NCBI GenBank assembly: GCA_919901915.1
Contig: CAKKQB010000028.1
Location: 38,499 to 102,498, forward strand
Origin: Omnitrophica bacterium GWA2_41_15
GTDB lineage: Bacteria > Omnitrophota > Gorgyraeia > Gygaellales > Profunditerraquicolaceae
DNA length: 64,000 nt
Direction of reading: 5' to 3'
The notes beneath the pieces were generated by a model. That model did no database searches and was not told the DNA's origin. It worked only from the letters and a program-made list of their open reading frames with translations. The translations under genes and the position numbers were made by a program. This document shows positions 10,912 through 20,826 of this stretch, one piece after another. How positions within the stretch are numbered: position 1 is the first letter of the stretch; each line of letters begins with the position of its first letter.

Positions 10912-10959
10912 TTTTCCTCGCTTCGTTCGAGAGTGATTAGTTTATGCTATTCACTATTT

Positions 10960-12219
10960 TTATGCCTCGCTAAAAATCTCTTTCGACAACTCTATACCTC
11001 TCTTTTCAAACAAAGAATAAAACACGGGGATTATTCCTGAAGCCTTAAACCTACCTTTAACTTCCTTATCAGAACCTACATTCTCTATTGCATATGTAAA
11101 TAAATCTTCCAAAACAATCTGTCCGTCTTTTAAACCGTTTATTTGCGTAATATGAGTAATCTTCCTTGAGCCATCCACTAACTGTTCCTGCTGGATAATA
11201 AGATGGACTGCCGCCACAAACTGCCTATATATTGCATCCAAGTTAATCGGCAGTCCTGACGTAAGCACCATTGTTTCAATCCGGTAAACAGCCTCCCGGG
11301 GAGAATTAGCGTGCAAAACTGCCAAAGAACCACTGTGACCGGAGCACGATGCCTGAAGCATATCCAAGGCCTCTGAACTTCTGATTTCACCAAGAATTAT
11401 CCTTCCCGGCCGCATACGTAAAGAATTCCTAAAAAGATCTCCTATCGTTATTTCGCCTTTACCCTCTATATTCGAACCTCTCGCTTCAAGCCTTACCACG
11501 TGCTCCTGTTTTAAATGCAACTCCGCAACATCCTCAATAGTAACAACGCGCTCATCATTACTGATATAGCTCGAAAGCACGCCCAGCGTTGTGGTTTTAC
11601 CAGAACCGGTTGCCCCGGCAAACAGAACATTTACTTTTGCTCTTATGCAAGCGATTAAAAAATCCGCCATTCGATTATCTAACGTGCCAAGCTTAATTAA
11701 ATCTTCAACGGTTATTATTTCTTTCAGGAATTTTCTTATTGTTACAACAATTCCGTCCACTGCTAAAGGCGGAATAATAATATTCACGCGCGAGCCATCC
11801 TTAAGAGATACATCTACGTAAGGAGAAAGCTCATCCACCCTGCGCCGCGTAGGCGCCAACATTTTATATATTAAACACCTTAATTGCTGTTCATCATCAA
11901 ATATAAGATTGGACAATATCTTTTTACCATTTTTTTCAATATAAATCTTTTTTGGCCCATTAATCATAATCTCAGTTACGCTTGGATCATTCATAATGTT
12001 TTCTACCGGGCCGTAACCAGCTAATTCATTAACCAAGTCAGAAATTACTTTGTCTTTATCTCCATCCGATATTATCGCGCGTTCGCGAGAAACGATTTCT
12101 CCTAGAATTCGCCCTATAACCTTTCCTAATCCCTCTTTGTCTACTTTTTCTTCACAGAATATACCGCTATATTGCTCCAGAAGCTTCTGTCTTATTTCTT
12201 TTTTTAATTTTTTAATCAT
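10960..12219 (-). CDS. CpaF/TadA-family type II/IV secretion ATPase; orphan, with no other pilus genes nearby
   Basis: Walker A AGATGSGKTT plus Asp box, Walker B and His box, in the arrangement typical of CpaF/VirB11-like ATPases. Confidence 0.7.
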   Translation of the reverse strand: MIKKLKKEIRQKLLEQYSGIFCEEKVDKEGLGKVIGRILGEIVSRERAIISDGDKDKVISDLVNELAGYGPVENIMNDPSVTEIMINGPKKIYIEKNGKKILSNLIFDDEQQLRCLIYKMLAPTRRRVDELSPYVDVSLKDGSRVNIIIPPLAVDGIVVTIRKFLKEIITVEDLIKLGTLDNRMADFLIACIRAKVNVLFAGATGSGKTTTLGVLSSYISNDERVVTIEDVAELHLKQEHVVRLEARGSNIEGKGEITIGDLFRNSLRMRPGRIILGEIRSSEALDMLQASCSGHSGSLAVLHANSPREAVYRIETMVLTSGLPINLDAIYRQFVAAVHLIIQQEQLVDGSRKITHITQINGLKDGQIVLEDLFTYAIENVGSDKEVKGRFKASGIIPVFYSLFEKRGIELSKEIFSEA

Positions 12220-13340
12220 TTCTTCACCTGTATCCCTTCTAACAAAGCATCAACACATTTATCAAAAGAAACTTTTTTTATCAATTTGCCCTTACTAAAC
12301 AACACCCCCATCTTCTTACCAAAAGCGATCCCAATATCCGCCTGCCTTGCCTCTCCCGGGCCATTAACCTCACAGCCCATTACAGCCACTTTAATCGGTT
12401 TGCCGGTTAACCTGTTAGCCTGTTTGCCTGTTAAACGGGATAACGGGATAACGGGATAACGGGATAACGAATTTTCTAATTCTTTTATTATCTTAACTAA
12501 ATCCACCCCGCAACGGCCGCAGGTAGGACAACTTATAATCTCAGGGCCAAAACATCTCAAACCCAAAGATTCTAAAATGGCTCTGGCTGCCTTGATTTCT
12601 TGCCTTGGCTCATCAGTAAGCGATACCCTTATTGTATCACCTATTCCATCCATCAACAAAGCCCCTAACGCAATGCTGGATTTTATCCCTCCATTATACG
12701 AAGCGCCTGTCGCGGTAAGGCCTAAATGTAAAGGATAGTCGCTTAGCTTAGCTATTTTACGATACGCCTCTACAGTATCTAAAATATCCGACCCCTTAAG
12801 AGAAATAACAATATCGTGGAATTTAAATCTTTCTAAAATTTTTACATAATCTAACGCGCTTTTAACCATTTTATCCGCTTGTGACCGGCAAACCAGCAAA
12901 CCGGCTAACCGGCTAACCGATAACGATCCCGAATTCACCCCCACCCTTATAGGAATATGGTTAATTTTCGCTGCCCTAACTATTTCTTTAATCTGATCTT
13001 GCTTATAAATATTTCCGGGATTCAACCTAATTTTATCCGCGCCATTATCAATTGCCTCCAGCGCCAAACGCCAATTAAAATGAATATCCGCGGCTATCGG
13101 CAATTTTACCTTTAGTTTAATTCTTTTAATTGCCCGCGCGTCAAGGCTGTCTTTTATTGCTAAACGGACTATTTCACAACCAGCGCTTTCTAATTCTTTA
13201 AGCTGTCTAACTGTCTTTTCTATATCAGAAGTTTTGACCTTAGCCATTGACTGAATAGCAATGGGGTTCGCGCCGCCAATTTCTATATTACCAATTTTTA
13301 TAATTCTGGATTTGCGTCTTTTAATTACCATAAACACCAC
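12216..13340 (-). CDS. ispG: 4-hydroxy-3-methylbut-2-enyl diphosphate synthase IspG (GcpE), with two in-frame repeat insertions
   Basis: N-terminal TIM-barrel domain and a C-terminal 4Fe-4S domain (CPTCGRC). Insert peptides SRLTGKQANRLTGKP and SVSRLAGLLVCRSQ are encoded by ccggtta-type hairpin repeats at 12396-12469 and 12885-12925. Confidence 0.9.
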   Translation of the reverse strand: MVFMVIKRRKSRIIKIGNIEIGGANPIAIQSMAKVKTSDIEKTVRQLKELESAGCEIVRLAIKDSLDARAIKRIKLKVKLPIAADIHFNWRLALEAIDNGADKIRLNPGNIYKQDQIKEIVRAAKINHIPIRVGVNSGSLSVSRLAGLLVCRSQADKMVKSALDYVKILERFKFHDIVISLKGSDILDTVEAYRKIAKLSDYPLHLGLTATGASYNGGIKSSIALGALLMDGIGDTIRVSLTDEPRQEIKAARAILESLGLRCFGPEIISCPTCGRCGVDLVKIIKELENSLSRYPVIPLSRLTGKQANRLTGKPIKVAVMGCEVNGPGEARQADIGIAFGKKMGVLFSKGKLIKKVSFDKCVDALLEGIQVKK

Positions 13341-13360
13341 TATGTTAAATTATGTAATCT

Positions 13361-14443
13361 TCACTTAAACAATTTAGCTATCTTATCCCCAAACAATTTT
13401 AATATATCGTTATAAGTTACGAATAAGGCGAAAAAAACAATCATCACAACTCCAATTTGCGTAATAACGCGCTCAAGCTTAAGATTTAATGTTTTGCCCC
13501 TTATTTTTTCAATGCCTAAGAACAAAATGTGCCCGCCATCTAACACAGGAAACGGAAGAAGATTAAATATCGCCAGGCTCACGCTTATCAACCCCACCAA
13601 ATTTAAGATTGCGATTATCCCCTGCGAGGCAACCTTTGAGGTTATGATAAACATTCCCAGCGGGCCGGTTACTGATTCACGAAACGATACGCGGCCCGTA
13701 AAAATTCTCCAAAGCCCTTTATATGTCATCTCCGTCAGGTAACAGGTCTTATCTACAGCTAACAAAAAAGCCTTAAAAAAACCATGCCTTACCACAACCG
13801 CGTCATTATAATCAGGGGTTATGCCAAGCAGGCCTACCTTCTGTTTCGCGCCCAAAGTGCCATCTAAGTGTTTTTCTCTTATAGTAACATCTATTTTACG
13901 AACCTCATTGCCCCTAGCAACTGAAAGCAAAACATTAGCAGTTTCTTTTTTGTTGTAAATAATTTTTGTTAAGTCCTCCCAATATTCCACCTTTTGATTA
14001 TCTATGGCGATAATCGTATCACCGGCTTCTATCCCTGCCTTCTTTGCCCCAAAACCATCAATAAGGCCGCCTACTTTAGTAGTAAGCGTAGGGTAGCCAA
14101 CAAAAAATATAAACCAAAAACACAAAAATCCTAATATATAATTCAACAAGGCGCCGCTTGAAATTATCCAGAAACGTTTTCCTACTGGTTTTGAAAAATA
14201 CTCATAGCTCTGACCGCTGTATTCTTCAGGGTCATCTCCTGCCATCTTAACGTAACCACCCAAGGGTATTAAATTAATGCTGTATTCAGTATGGCCTTTT
14301 TTCTTTTTTAATATTTGCGGCCCAAAACCCAAAGAAAAATTCTCAACCCTGACACCCACTTTCCTGGCGGCAATAAAATGCCCAAATTCATGGACAAAAA
14401 TTAAAACGCTTAAAATTGTTAAAAAAATAATAAAGGTAATCAT
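13361..14443 (-). CDS. rseP: Site-2 zinc metalloprotease RseP
   Basis: HEFGH motif in TM1, an internal PDZ domain, and a C-terminal LDGG motif. Confidence 0.85.
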   Translation of the reverse strand: MITFIIFLTILSVLIFVHEFGHFIAARKVGVRVENFSLGFGPQILKKKKGHTEYSINLIPLGGYVKMAGDDPEEYSGQSYEYFSKPVGKRFWIISSGALLNYILGFLCFWFIFFVGYPTLTTKVGGLIDGFGAKKAGIEAGDTIIAIDNQKVEYWEDLTKIIYNKKETANVLLSVARGNEVRKIDVTIREKHLDGTLGAKQKVGLLGITPDYNDAVVVRHGFFKAFLLAVDKTCYLTEMTYKGLWRIFTGRVSFRESVTGPLGMFIITSKVASQGIIAILNLVGLISVSLAIFNLLPFPVLDGGHILFLGIEKIRGKTLNLKLERVITQIGVVMIVFFALFVTYNDILKLFGDKIAKLFK

Positions 14444-15597
14444 CCTATAATCCTCCTAGCTTTCTCTCGGGCCCAAATATCCGCTTCTAAAATATCGCCT
14501 AAATCGGGTTTAGTAATATTACGGTGCGCATCAAGAGTCATCCTGATGACTTTCGCGATAGCCAAAAACTCAAGCCTATTTTTTAGGAATGCCGCCACAC
14601 AAACCTCATTAGCGGCATTTAAGACGCAAGGCATAGTTCCTAAACTAGACGCGGCCTGAACAGCAAGCTCCAAACAAGGAAATTTCTTAAAATCCGGCCT
14701 CTCGAAATGCAACTCCTTTAATTTATAAAAATCTATTCCAAGAAACGAGCTTGGTAATTTTTCCGGATAAGAAAGCGCGTACTGTATAGGCAGGCGCATA
14801 TCCGTAGCGGATAACTGCGCCAGATAAGTTCCATCAATAAATTCAACCATAGAGTGAATTACGGATTCAGGATGTATAAGAATCTTAATTTTTTCTAATG
14901 ACACTCCAAATAAAAACATAACCTCAAGAAGTTCTAAACCCTTATTCATTAATGTCGCGGAATCAACGGTTATCTTTTTCCCCATCTTCCACTTGGGATG
15001 CTTTAAGACTTTGCTGACAGACGCGTCTTTTAATTGTCTTTTACTCGCGTTTCTAAAGGGGCCTCCTGAACCTGTTAAATAAATATTTTTTAAATCATCC
15101 TTATTCTTTCCTTCCAGGCATTGCCAAATCGCGCAAGTTTCGCTATCCACTGGAATTATCCTTTTAAAGCGATTCTTAGCTCTTTGGGCTATTAAAGGCC
15201 CTGCCATAACTAACGCCTCTTTATTGGCTAACGCAACCTGCTTATCGCAATCAAGGGCTTTTAATAAAGGCATCAACGCGGCTGAGCCGCTTATCGCGAG
15301 CAAAATCCTATCTACCTTTTTTTCCGAAACCAAAAAATTAAGACCTTCATTACCCGCGAAGATTTTGGTTTTGCAACTTAATCTGGATTCCAATTTTTTA
15401 GCCGCCTTTAAATCTATTACAGCGGCAAAAAGAGGTTTAAATTCCTTTATCTGTCTTTCTAAAATATCAACATTAGAATTCGTACTTAAACCCACTACAT
15501 GGAATTCCGAGGGAAAATGCCTTACAACTTCTAAAGCATTCTGACCTATGGAACCAGTGGAGCCTAATATAGTAATATTCTTCATAGCAAAACTCAA
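14440..15597 (-). CDS. dxr: 1-deoxy-D-xylulose 5-phosphate reductoisomerase
   Basis: N-terminal GSTGSIG NADPH-binding motif and full Dxr architecture. MEP-pathway neighbour of ispG. Confidence 0.9.
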   Translation of the reverse strand: MSFAMKNITILGSTGSIGQNALEVVRHFPSEFHVVGLSTNSNVDILERQIKEFKPLFAAVIDLKAAKKLESRLSCKTKIFAGNEGLNFLVSEKKVDRILLAISGSAALMPLLKALDCDKQVALANKEALVMAGPLIAQRAKNRFKRIIPVDSETCAIWQCLEGKNKDDLKNIYLTGSGGPFRNASKRQLKDASVSKVLKHPKWKMGKKITVDSATLMNKGLELLEVMFLFGVSLEKIKILIHPESVIHSMVEFIDGTYLAQLSATDMRLPIQYALSYPEKLPSSFLGIDFYKLKELHFERPDFKKFPCLELAVQAASSLGTMPCVLNAANEVCVAAFLKNRLEFLAIAKVIRMTLDAHRNITKPDLGDILEADIWAREKARRIIG

Positions 15598-15665
15598 ACT
15601 AATACTTTAGCGTATAGCGTATAGTTTTTCTATCCGCTATCCGCTATACGCTCAGCCTCTTACAT

Positions 15666-16475
15666 TTACCTTACAATACTGCTCATATAAAAATAAAATA
15701 CCGGCGCGGTAAACAATAAACTATCTATTTCATCCAAAATCCCGCCCATACCCGGCAGTAAATCGCCTGAATCCTTTATCTGACAATCCCGTTTTATCAA
15801 AGACTCTGACAAATCCCCCAACTGCCCGATTATTCCAAGAGAAATCCCTAAAAATATCAGGTGCGGATATGAAAAACTCAAAAATGGTTTACTAAGGCAG
15901 GCGCCAAGGACACTAAAGAATAACCCCCCGACAGCCCCTTCAACTGTTTTCTTGGGGCTGATATGCGGCAGGAGAGGAATTTTTCCAAAGCGGCTGCCTA
16001 TAAAATACGCGCCAATATCTCCTAATTTTGTGATCAATAATATCGAGCTCAAGATACCCAAACCATGATTTAAGTATTTTATCTTAAGCAAAAAACTAAA
16101 AAACCAAGAAACATAAAATATGCCAAACAGGGTTGTAGATACGCCTATAGTTACACCAGCGCTCTCCCTGCGCTTAAACTGCATAAGAATTAAAAATAAA
16201 AGCGCTATAACTATAAAAAGAAATTCCCATTTTTTAGTAAGCTCAAATTGCAGCATTATGGAAATAGGGATTATCGCGCCCATACAAATACCAAAATATT
16301 TATAAGTGGCTATGCCTTTGTGCTCAAGCATGCGGAAAAACTCGCGTAAACCCAAAACAATAAGAGCAATAACTACCAGATCGCAAATCCGGAAATTATA
16401 CCACCAATCAATTAAAAGAGAGGCAATAACAATGCTTACAATCCAAAATCCGCTAATTATTCTCTTTATCATCAT
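15666..16475 (-). CDS. cdsA: Phosphatidate cytidylyltransferase
   Basis: Polytopic membrane protein with the C-terminal CdsA signature (KRDCQIKDSGDLLPGMGGILD). Conserved uppS-cdsA-dxr-rseP order. Confidence 0.8.
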   Translation of the reverse strand: MMIKRIISGFWIVSIVIASLLIDWWYNFRICDLVVIALIVLGLREFFRMLEHKGIATYKYFGICMGAIIPISIMLQFELTKKWEFLFIVIALLFLILMQFKRRESAGVTIGVSTTLFGIFYVSWFFSFLLKIKYLNHGLGILSSILLITKLGDIGAYFIGSRFGKIPLLPHISPKKTVEGAVGGLFFSVLGACLSKPFLSFSYPHLIFLGISLGIIGQLGDLSESLIKRDCQIKDSGDLLPGMGGILDEIDSLLFTAPVFYFYMSSIVR

Positions 16476-17196
16476 TTATCCCCCTCTGCACTCCCCCAAA
16501 CCGTCTTTCCCTTTTTTGATACTCAAGGATTGCTTCCTGAAAATCCTGGCGCTTAAAATCCGGCCAATATTTTTTCACAAAATATAACTCCGCGTAAGAA
16601 AGCTGCCAGAGTAAAAAATTACTCAAGCGCATTTCACCGCTGGTACGTATCAGGAGATCCGGATCAGGCAAATTCGCGGTATAAAAATAACTATTAAACC
16701 CTTCGATATCAAGATCGTTCGCGTTAACCTGCCCGCGGAGAACATTTTCAGCAAATCTTTTTGCCGCATCCACTATCTCTTGCCTTGAGCCATAATTTAA
16801 TGCCAAAACCATTGTCAAGGCCTTATTATTTTGGGTCTTCTCTTGGGCCTTTCTAATTTTTTCTAATATATATTTAGGCATGGGCTCAGGCCTGCCGATT
16901 ACCAAAAAACGAATATTATCTTTGCTTAACTGCTCAATTTCTTTATCCAAAAAGTTGCCAAGATAACGCATGAGCATGCGTATTTCGTATTTTGGCCTAT
17001 TCCAGTTTTCAGTTGAAAAAGCAAAAAAGGTAACTGCCTCTACCCCTGATTCAATCGCTGCTTTTACAATTTCCTTAACCCTTTTCGCGCCTTCATGATG
17101 ACCAATGACGCGGCTAAAACCTTTTTCTTTTGCCCAGCGCCCATTACCATCCATTATTATAGCGACGTGCTTAGGGATATTACTCTTATCAATCAC
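16453..17196 (-). CDS. uppS: Undecaprenyl diphosphate synthase
   Basis: HVAIIMDGNGRWA and FSTENWNRP motifs of cis-prenyltransferases. Confidence 0.9.
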   Translation of the reverse strand: MIDKSNIPKHVAIIMDGNGRWAKEKGFSRVIGHHEGAKRVKEIVKAAIESGVEAVTFFAFSTENWNRPKYEIRMLMRYLGNFLDKEIEQLSKDNIRFLVIGRPEPMPKYILEKIRKAQEKTQNNKALTMVLALNYGSRQEIVDAAKRFAENVLRGQVNANDLDIEGFNSYFYTANLPDPDLLIRTSGEMRLSNFLLWQLSYAELYFVKKYWPDFKRQDFQEAILEYQKRERRFGGVQRGINDDKENN

Positions 17197-17197
17197 G

Positions 17198-17253
17198 TTT
17201 TAGCGGATAGCGGATAGCGGCTAGCGTATAGTTTTTCTATCCGCTATCCGCTT
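17198..17253. repeat. Heptamer-tandem hairpin (gcggata)n ... (tatccgc)n; one example of a pervasive family
   Basis: tttagcggatagcggatagcggctagcgtatagtttttctatccgctatccgc. More than 20 family members with different heptamer units sit at gene boundaries and inside genes. The coordinates are given in the findings. Confidence 0.85.
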
Positions 17254-17254
17254 C

Positions 17255-18835
17255 TTATTGGTGCACTCTATAATCTATATTGGGGAATATGTTATCTTTA
17301 CGTTCAATCTCGGAAAGCCATTCCTGATCAATGGAATTTGATTTTATGTCTTCGCATAAACGATTAAAACAGAGAAGATGCTCTTTAGTGCGCCGAACCG
17401 CGTAATCAACATGAGTGCCTGTACCCATAATAAACGCCCAATCAGAACTCTGCGCGAGTAAAAGTTCGCGTAAAGCCTGATTTAACGCGCGCCTTAACAA
17501 ATCTCGCGCGTCAGGAAAGCCCTTTGTTAATTCCGCCATCCGCCCTGAAGCAGTATGCAGGTGCCGATAAATCCAGTCATTTGTCCCCTGAAGCCACATC
17601 TCGCTGTAACCCTTCCAGCCCCAACTTGACAAAGAAGGCGCCACTACCTGATTTCTGGGATTCTCCGCCAAATATTCTGACGCGGTAATCAAACGTATTT
17701 CGTCTTGATCAAACGCGATTTTTCGAATCAGGAAATCTAACCACATCGGGCCTTCATACCACCAGTGGCCGAACAACTCCGCGTCATAAGGAGAAACAAG
17801 AATAGGCTTCTTCTGCATAAAATCATAAAGATATTCCACTTGTTTCTGGCGATTAAATAGAAAATTGCCCGCGTGTTCCGCGGCTCTAGCTCTAGCCCGC
17901 TCCACGTTATAGGGTTCCTTTTGACAAGATGTTCCAGTAATACGATAATACTTCATCCCTGTATTTATTCTTATTCCGTCGGGATGAATATAGGGCTTTA
18001 TATACTCAAACTCTAAATCAAATCCTATATCACGATAAAACTCACGGTAATTATAATCTCCCGGGTAACCTTCAACCGAAGACCAGACCTGCTTAGATGA
18101 CTCTAAGTCCCTCGCGAAACAAGCGACACTTGTACCTTTACAGTAAACCGGAGCAAATACACCATATTTTGGCCTGGGTGTGCCATGCAAAATTCCGTGA
18201 GAATCAGTAAAAAAATAACGCAGGCCCGCTTCTTTTAGAATTTCATCATGTCCCGGATGATAACCACATTCGGGTAACCATATACCCCTTGGCTTCCTGC
18301 CAAATATACTTTCATAATGGCTCACAGCTACTTTAACCTGCGACCTGACTGATTCACGGCAAACATCCATAAACGGAAAATATCCATGAGTCGCTCCACA
18401 GGTAATAATCTCTAATTTTCCGGCATCTTGAAAGTTTTTAAAAGCAACGGTTAAATTACGATTGTACCTTAAAAAAGTGTCGCGAGCCTTACAAAATTGA
18501 TTCAAATACATTATTGCCAAGCACTGAAAATCCGACTGCCAAGTAGTCCTTTCTATTTCCTTATGCGCAAGCTCAATAAGCTCATTTATATGTTTTAAAT
18601 AACGCTCTTGAAGCAAAGAATCAGTTAACATAGAAAGAAGCGTTGGACTTAAAGTCATCGTCAAACGAAAATCTACCTTATCAGCCAATAAATTTTCAAA
18701 GACCCAAATCAGAGGAATATACGTCTCTGTTATTGCCTCATAAAGCCAATCCTCTTCTAAAAAATCCTCGTGTTCAGGATGACGAACAAAAGGAAGGTGG
18801 CCGTGCAATACTAAACTTAGATATCCTTTATGCAT
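17255..18835 (-). CDS. Glycoside hydrolase family 57 protein (1,4-alpha-glucan branching enzyme type)
   Basis: N-terminal HGHLPFVRHPE and the overall GH57 TIM-barrel pattern; 526 aa. Confidence 0.75.
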   Translation of the reverse strand: MHKGYLSLVLHGHLPFVRHPEHEDFLEEDWLYEAITETYIPLIWVFENLLADKVDFRLTMTLSPTLLSMLTDSLLQERYLKHINELIELAHKEIERTTWQSDFQCLAIMYLNQFCKARDTFLRYNRNLTVAFKNFQDAGKLEIITCGATHGYFPFMDVCRESVRSQVKVAVSHYESIFGRKPRGIWLPECGYHPGHDEILKEAGLRYFFTDSHGILHGTPRPKYGVFAPVYCKGTSVACFARDLESSKQVWSSVEGYPGDYNYREFYRDIGFDLEFEYIKPYIHPDGIRINTGMKYYRITGTSCQKEPYNVERARARAAEHAGNFLFNRQKQVEYLYDFMQKKPILVSPYDAELFGHWWYEGPMWLDFLIRKIAFDQDEIRLITASEYLAENPRNQVVAPSLSSWGWKGYSEMWLQGTNDWIYRHLHTASGRMAELTKGFPDARDLLRRALNQALRELLLAQSSDWAFIMGTGTHVDYAVRRTKEHLLCFNRLCEDIKSNSIDQEWLSEIERKDNIFPNIDYRVHQ

Positions 18836-18888
18836 AATATAATATGTATTGTGAGACTATTGCGAAATTGATTTCAAACAATCCGTTA

Positions 18889-19980
18889 CTATTTTGTTAC
18901 TTCTTCTTTAACCAAGATACTGCTTTTTGTCTCTCTGTTAACTGTGGGTGTAATAGTGCGTTCTTCGATAGAATCGCTTGATACAGCTTTAACGGGTATA
19001 ACCTGCTTTCCATCAGGAAGAGCAAAACGTAATGAAAAAGTCCCATCCTGCCTTAACGTTATAGGCCTGCCCTGAACAGTCACCTTAGCATCTGGCTCAG
19101 TGGCGCCATAAACAATCAATTCACAGTCAACTACAAGCCAAAATTTCCTTTCCTTTTCCCCCGGCATCTTTTTTACCGGACTGCCCATAGAAGCCATTCC
19201 AGGCGAAGCAAAAACACCGGAAAAAAGAGCCTTTTTAATCCTCTCCTGCCATGCTTTACCTACCGGAGAACTTTGACCTAACCCGAAACCCATGCCATAA
19301 AGCCGCGCGAACATCTCATCAGGAATCATCCACTCCTCATCAGTAATCCATGATGGGCCTTCTACTGGCGTATGAACTATATTTGAACGTATGATAGTAA
19401 CAAATCTTCCATCAGACAGCAATAAACCAAAATCCACAACCCAAGATTTTCCCGGGCCGCCAGTATCAATATACCAACTACTGGAATAATCACTAACCTG
19501 GACATCAAAAAAACCATGCGCATTCTGGCCATTAAATACAATATTACTTATATCATAAACACGTAAAACACGCTTTGCTTTATAGAATTCATCTCTGAAC
19601 TCATTTTTTAGCTTTTCAATGGTTGTTCCCCTAATCTCCCAATAAGCATGAAGCCACCACAAATCACGCACCTGCAGTATAATTTTATCATAATCATATC
19701 TATCAGGTAACTCTTGGGGCAAGACACGCTTTGGCTTAACTACTTCCGGACGAGAATACTTTGCTTTTTCTATTGCTAATTGCTCTTCATTAAAAACCGT
19801 TTCTTTTGCTTCTGGCAAAACAGCTTCTTCGCCTGCTCTTATCTTTTCTGCTTTTACCTTTTTTGGTTTAATTTCCTTTACCTTTTTTGGCTTAATTTCC
19901 TTTGGTTTAATTTCCTTTGGTTTGGTTTTTCTCTCTACTAATTCTTTTATTTTTTCCTTAATCTTGCGAAATATAACCAT
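18889..19980 (-). CDS. Hypothetical protein with a K/E/P-rich N-terminal repeat; possibly the DUF4912 family that accompanies GH57 genes
   Basis: N-terminal KEIKPK repeats and a conserved core (LWWLHAYWE). Position immediately downstream of GH57. Family assignment is from memory only. Confidence 0.35.
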   Translation of the reverse strand: MVIFRKIKEKIKELVERKTKPKEIKPKEIKPKKVKEIKPKKVKAEKIRAGEEAVLPEAKETVFNEEQLAIEKAKYSRPEVVKPKRVLPQELPDRYDYDKIILQVRDLWWLHAYWEIRGTTIEKLKNEFRDEFYKAKRVLRVYDISNIVFNGQNAHGFFDVQVSDYSSSWYIDTGGPGKSWVVDFGLLLSDGRFVTIIRSNIVHTPVEGPSWITDEEWMIPDEMFARLYGMGFGLGQSSPVGKAWQERIKKALFSGVFASPGMASMGSPVKKMPGEKERKFWLVVDCELIVYGATEPDAKVTVQGRPITLRQDGTFSLRFALPDGKQVIPVKAVSSDSIEERTITPTVNRETKSSILVKEEVTK

Positions 19981-20212
19981 TTCTACCTCCTAATATAATC
20001 AGACATCCTTATTGCTTCTCTATTATAGGATATCTTAACAAGAAAATTGCCTCCATTAACAACCTTGAGGGGCAATTTTCGCAGTGGTACAGGAAAGTTT
20101 TATACTTTCCTGTACCATAAAAAAAAAAGGGGCACTACCCCTTTTCCAAAAAACTTGTTACTCCTGCCTCCTTTTATATTATTTTCTTATTGCTAAAGCA
20201 ACTAACTCATTA

Positions 20213-20590
20213 CTATTTTTTAGATTTTTCAGCTTTGTGAACGTTCAATGCTTCTTTGAGGTCTTCCTCAAGAGTTTCCCTTAGCTTACTTATCTTTTGA
20301 ATTTCATCTTTAAGACTCTGATTGACCAATTGCTCCTGCACCAGGGCCTTTTTTATTGCCTGGCCGCCGATCTTTTCTTCCTCTAACTCGCTCTCTCTTG
20401 TCCTCAAGCTTTCCTGTAAAATTGTTTTTTCTTGAGAAATTTTATTCACCTTCTCTTCTAAATCAAGTCTTAAACCCATTTCCCTATCCCGGCTAGCCTT
20501 TTGCAAAAATGTATTACTACACGACTTTAAGGTTGACACAAAAAATATTACATTCAATATAGCTAGTATTAAAATAATTCTATTTTTCAC
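20213..20590 (-). CDS. Small coiled-coil lipoprotein/exported protein
   Basis: Signal peptide with a lipobox-like LKSC, followed by a heptad-rich coiled coil. Confidence 0.4.
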   Translation of the reverse strand: MKNRIILILAILNVIFFVSTLKSCSNTFLQKASRDREMGLRLDLEEKVNKISQEKTILQESLRTRESELEEEKIGGQAIKKALVQEQLVNQSLKDEIQKISKLRETLEEDLKEALNVHKAEKSKK

Positions 20591-20826
20591 CTGAAAATCT
20601 CCGCGACTCGTTTAAAAATCATCTTGTGAATTCTATTTTGGGCGAGCAAGCCCGCCCCTACGCGAATCGCTACATAATTCCTACGTGTTTTGCCGCGTAG
20701 GGGCGGGCTTGCCCACCCTTTCTCACTTAAAAATCTCCGCGACTCGTTTAAAATCAATGCGTCAAAACAACACGATTTTCATTCTTATTGGTGCCCCACC
20801 AAAGCGGGGCATGAAAGTTTCATAAT

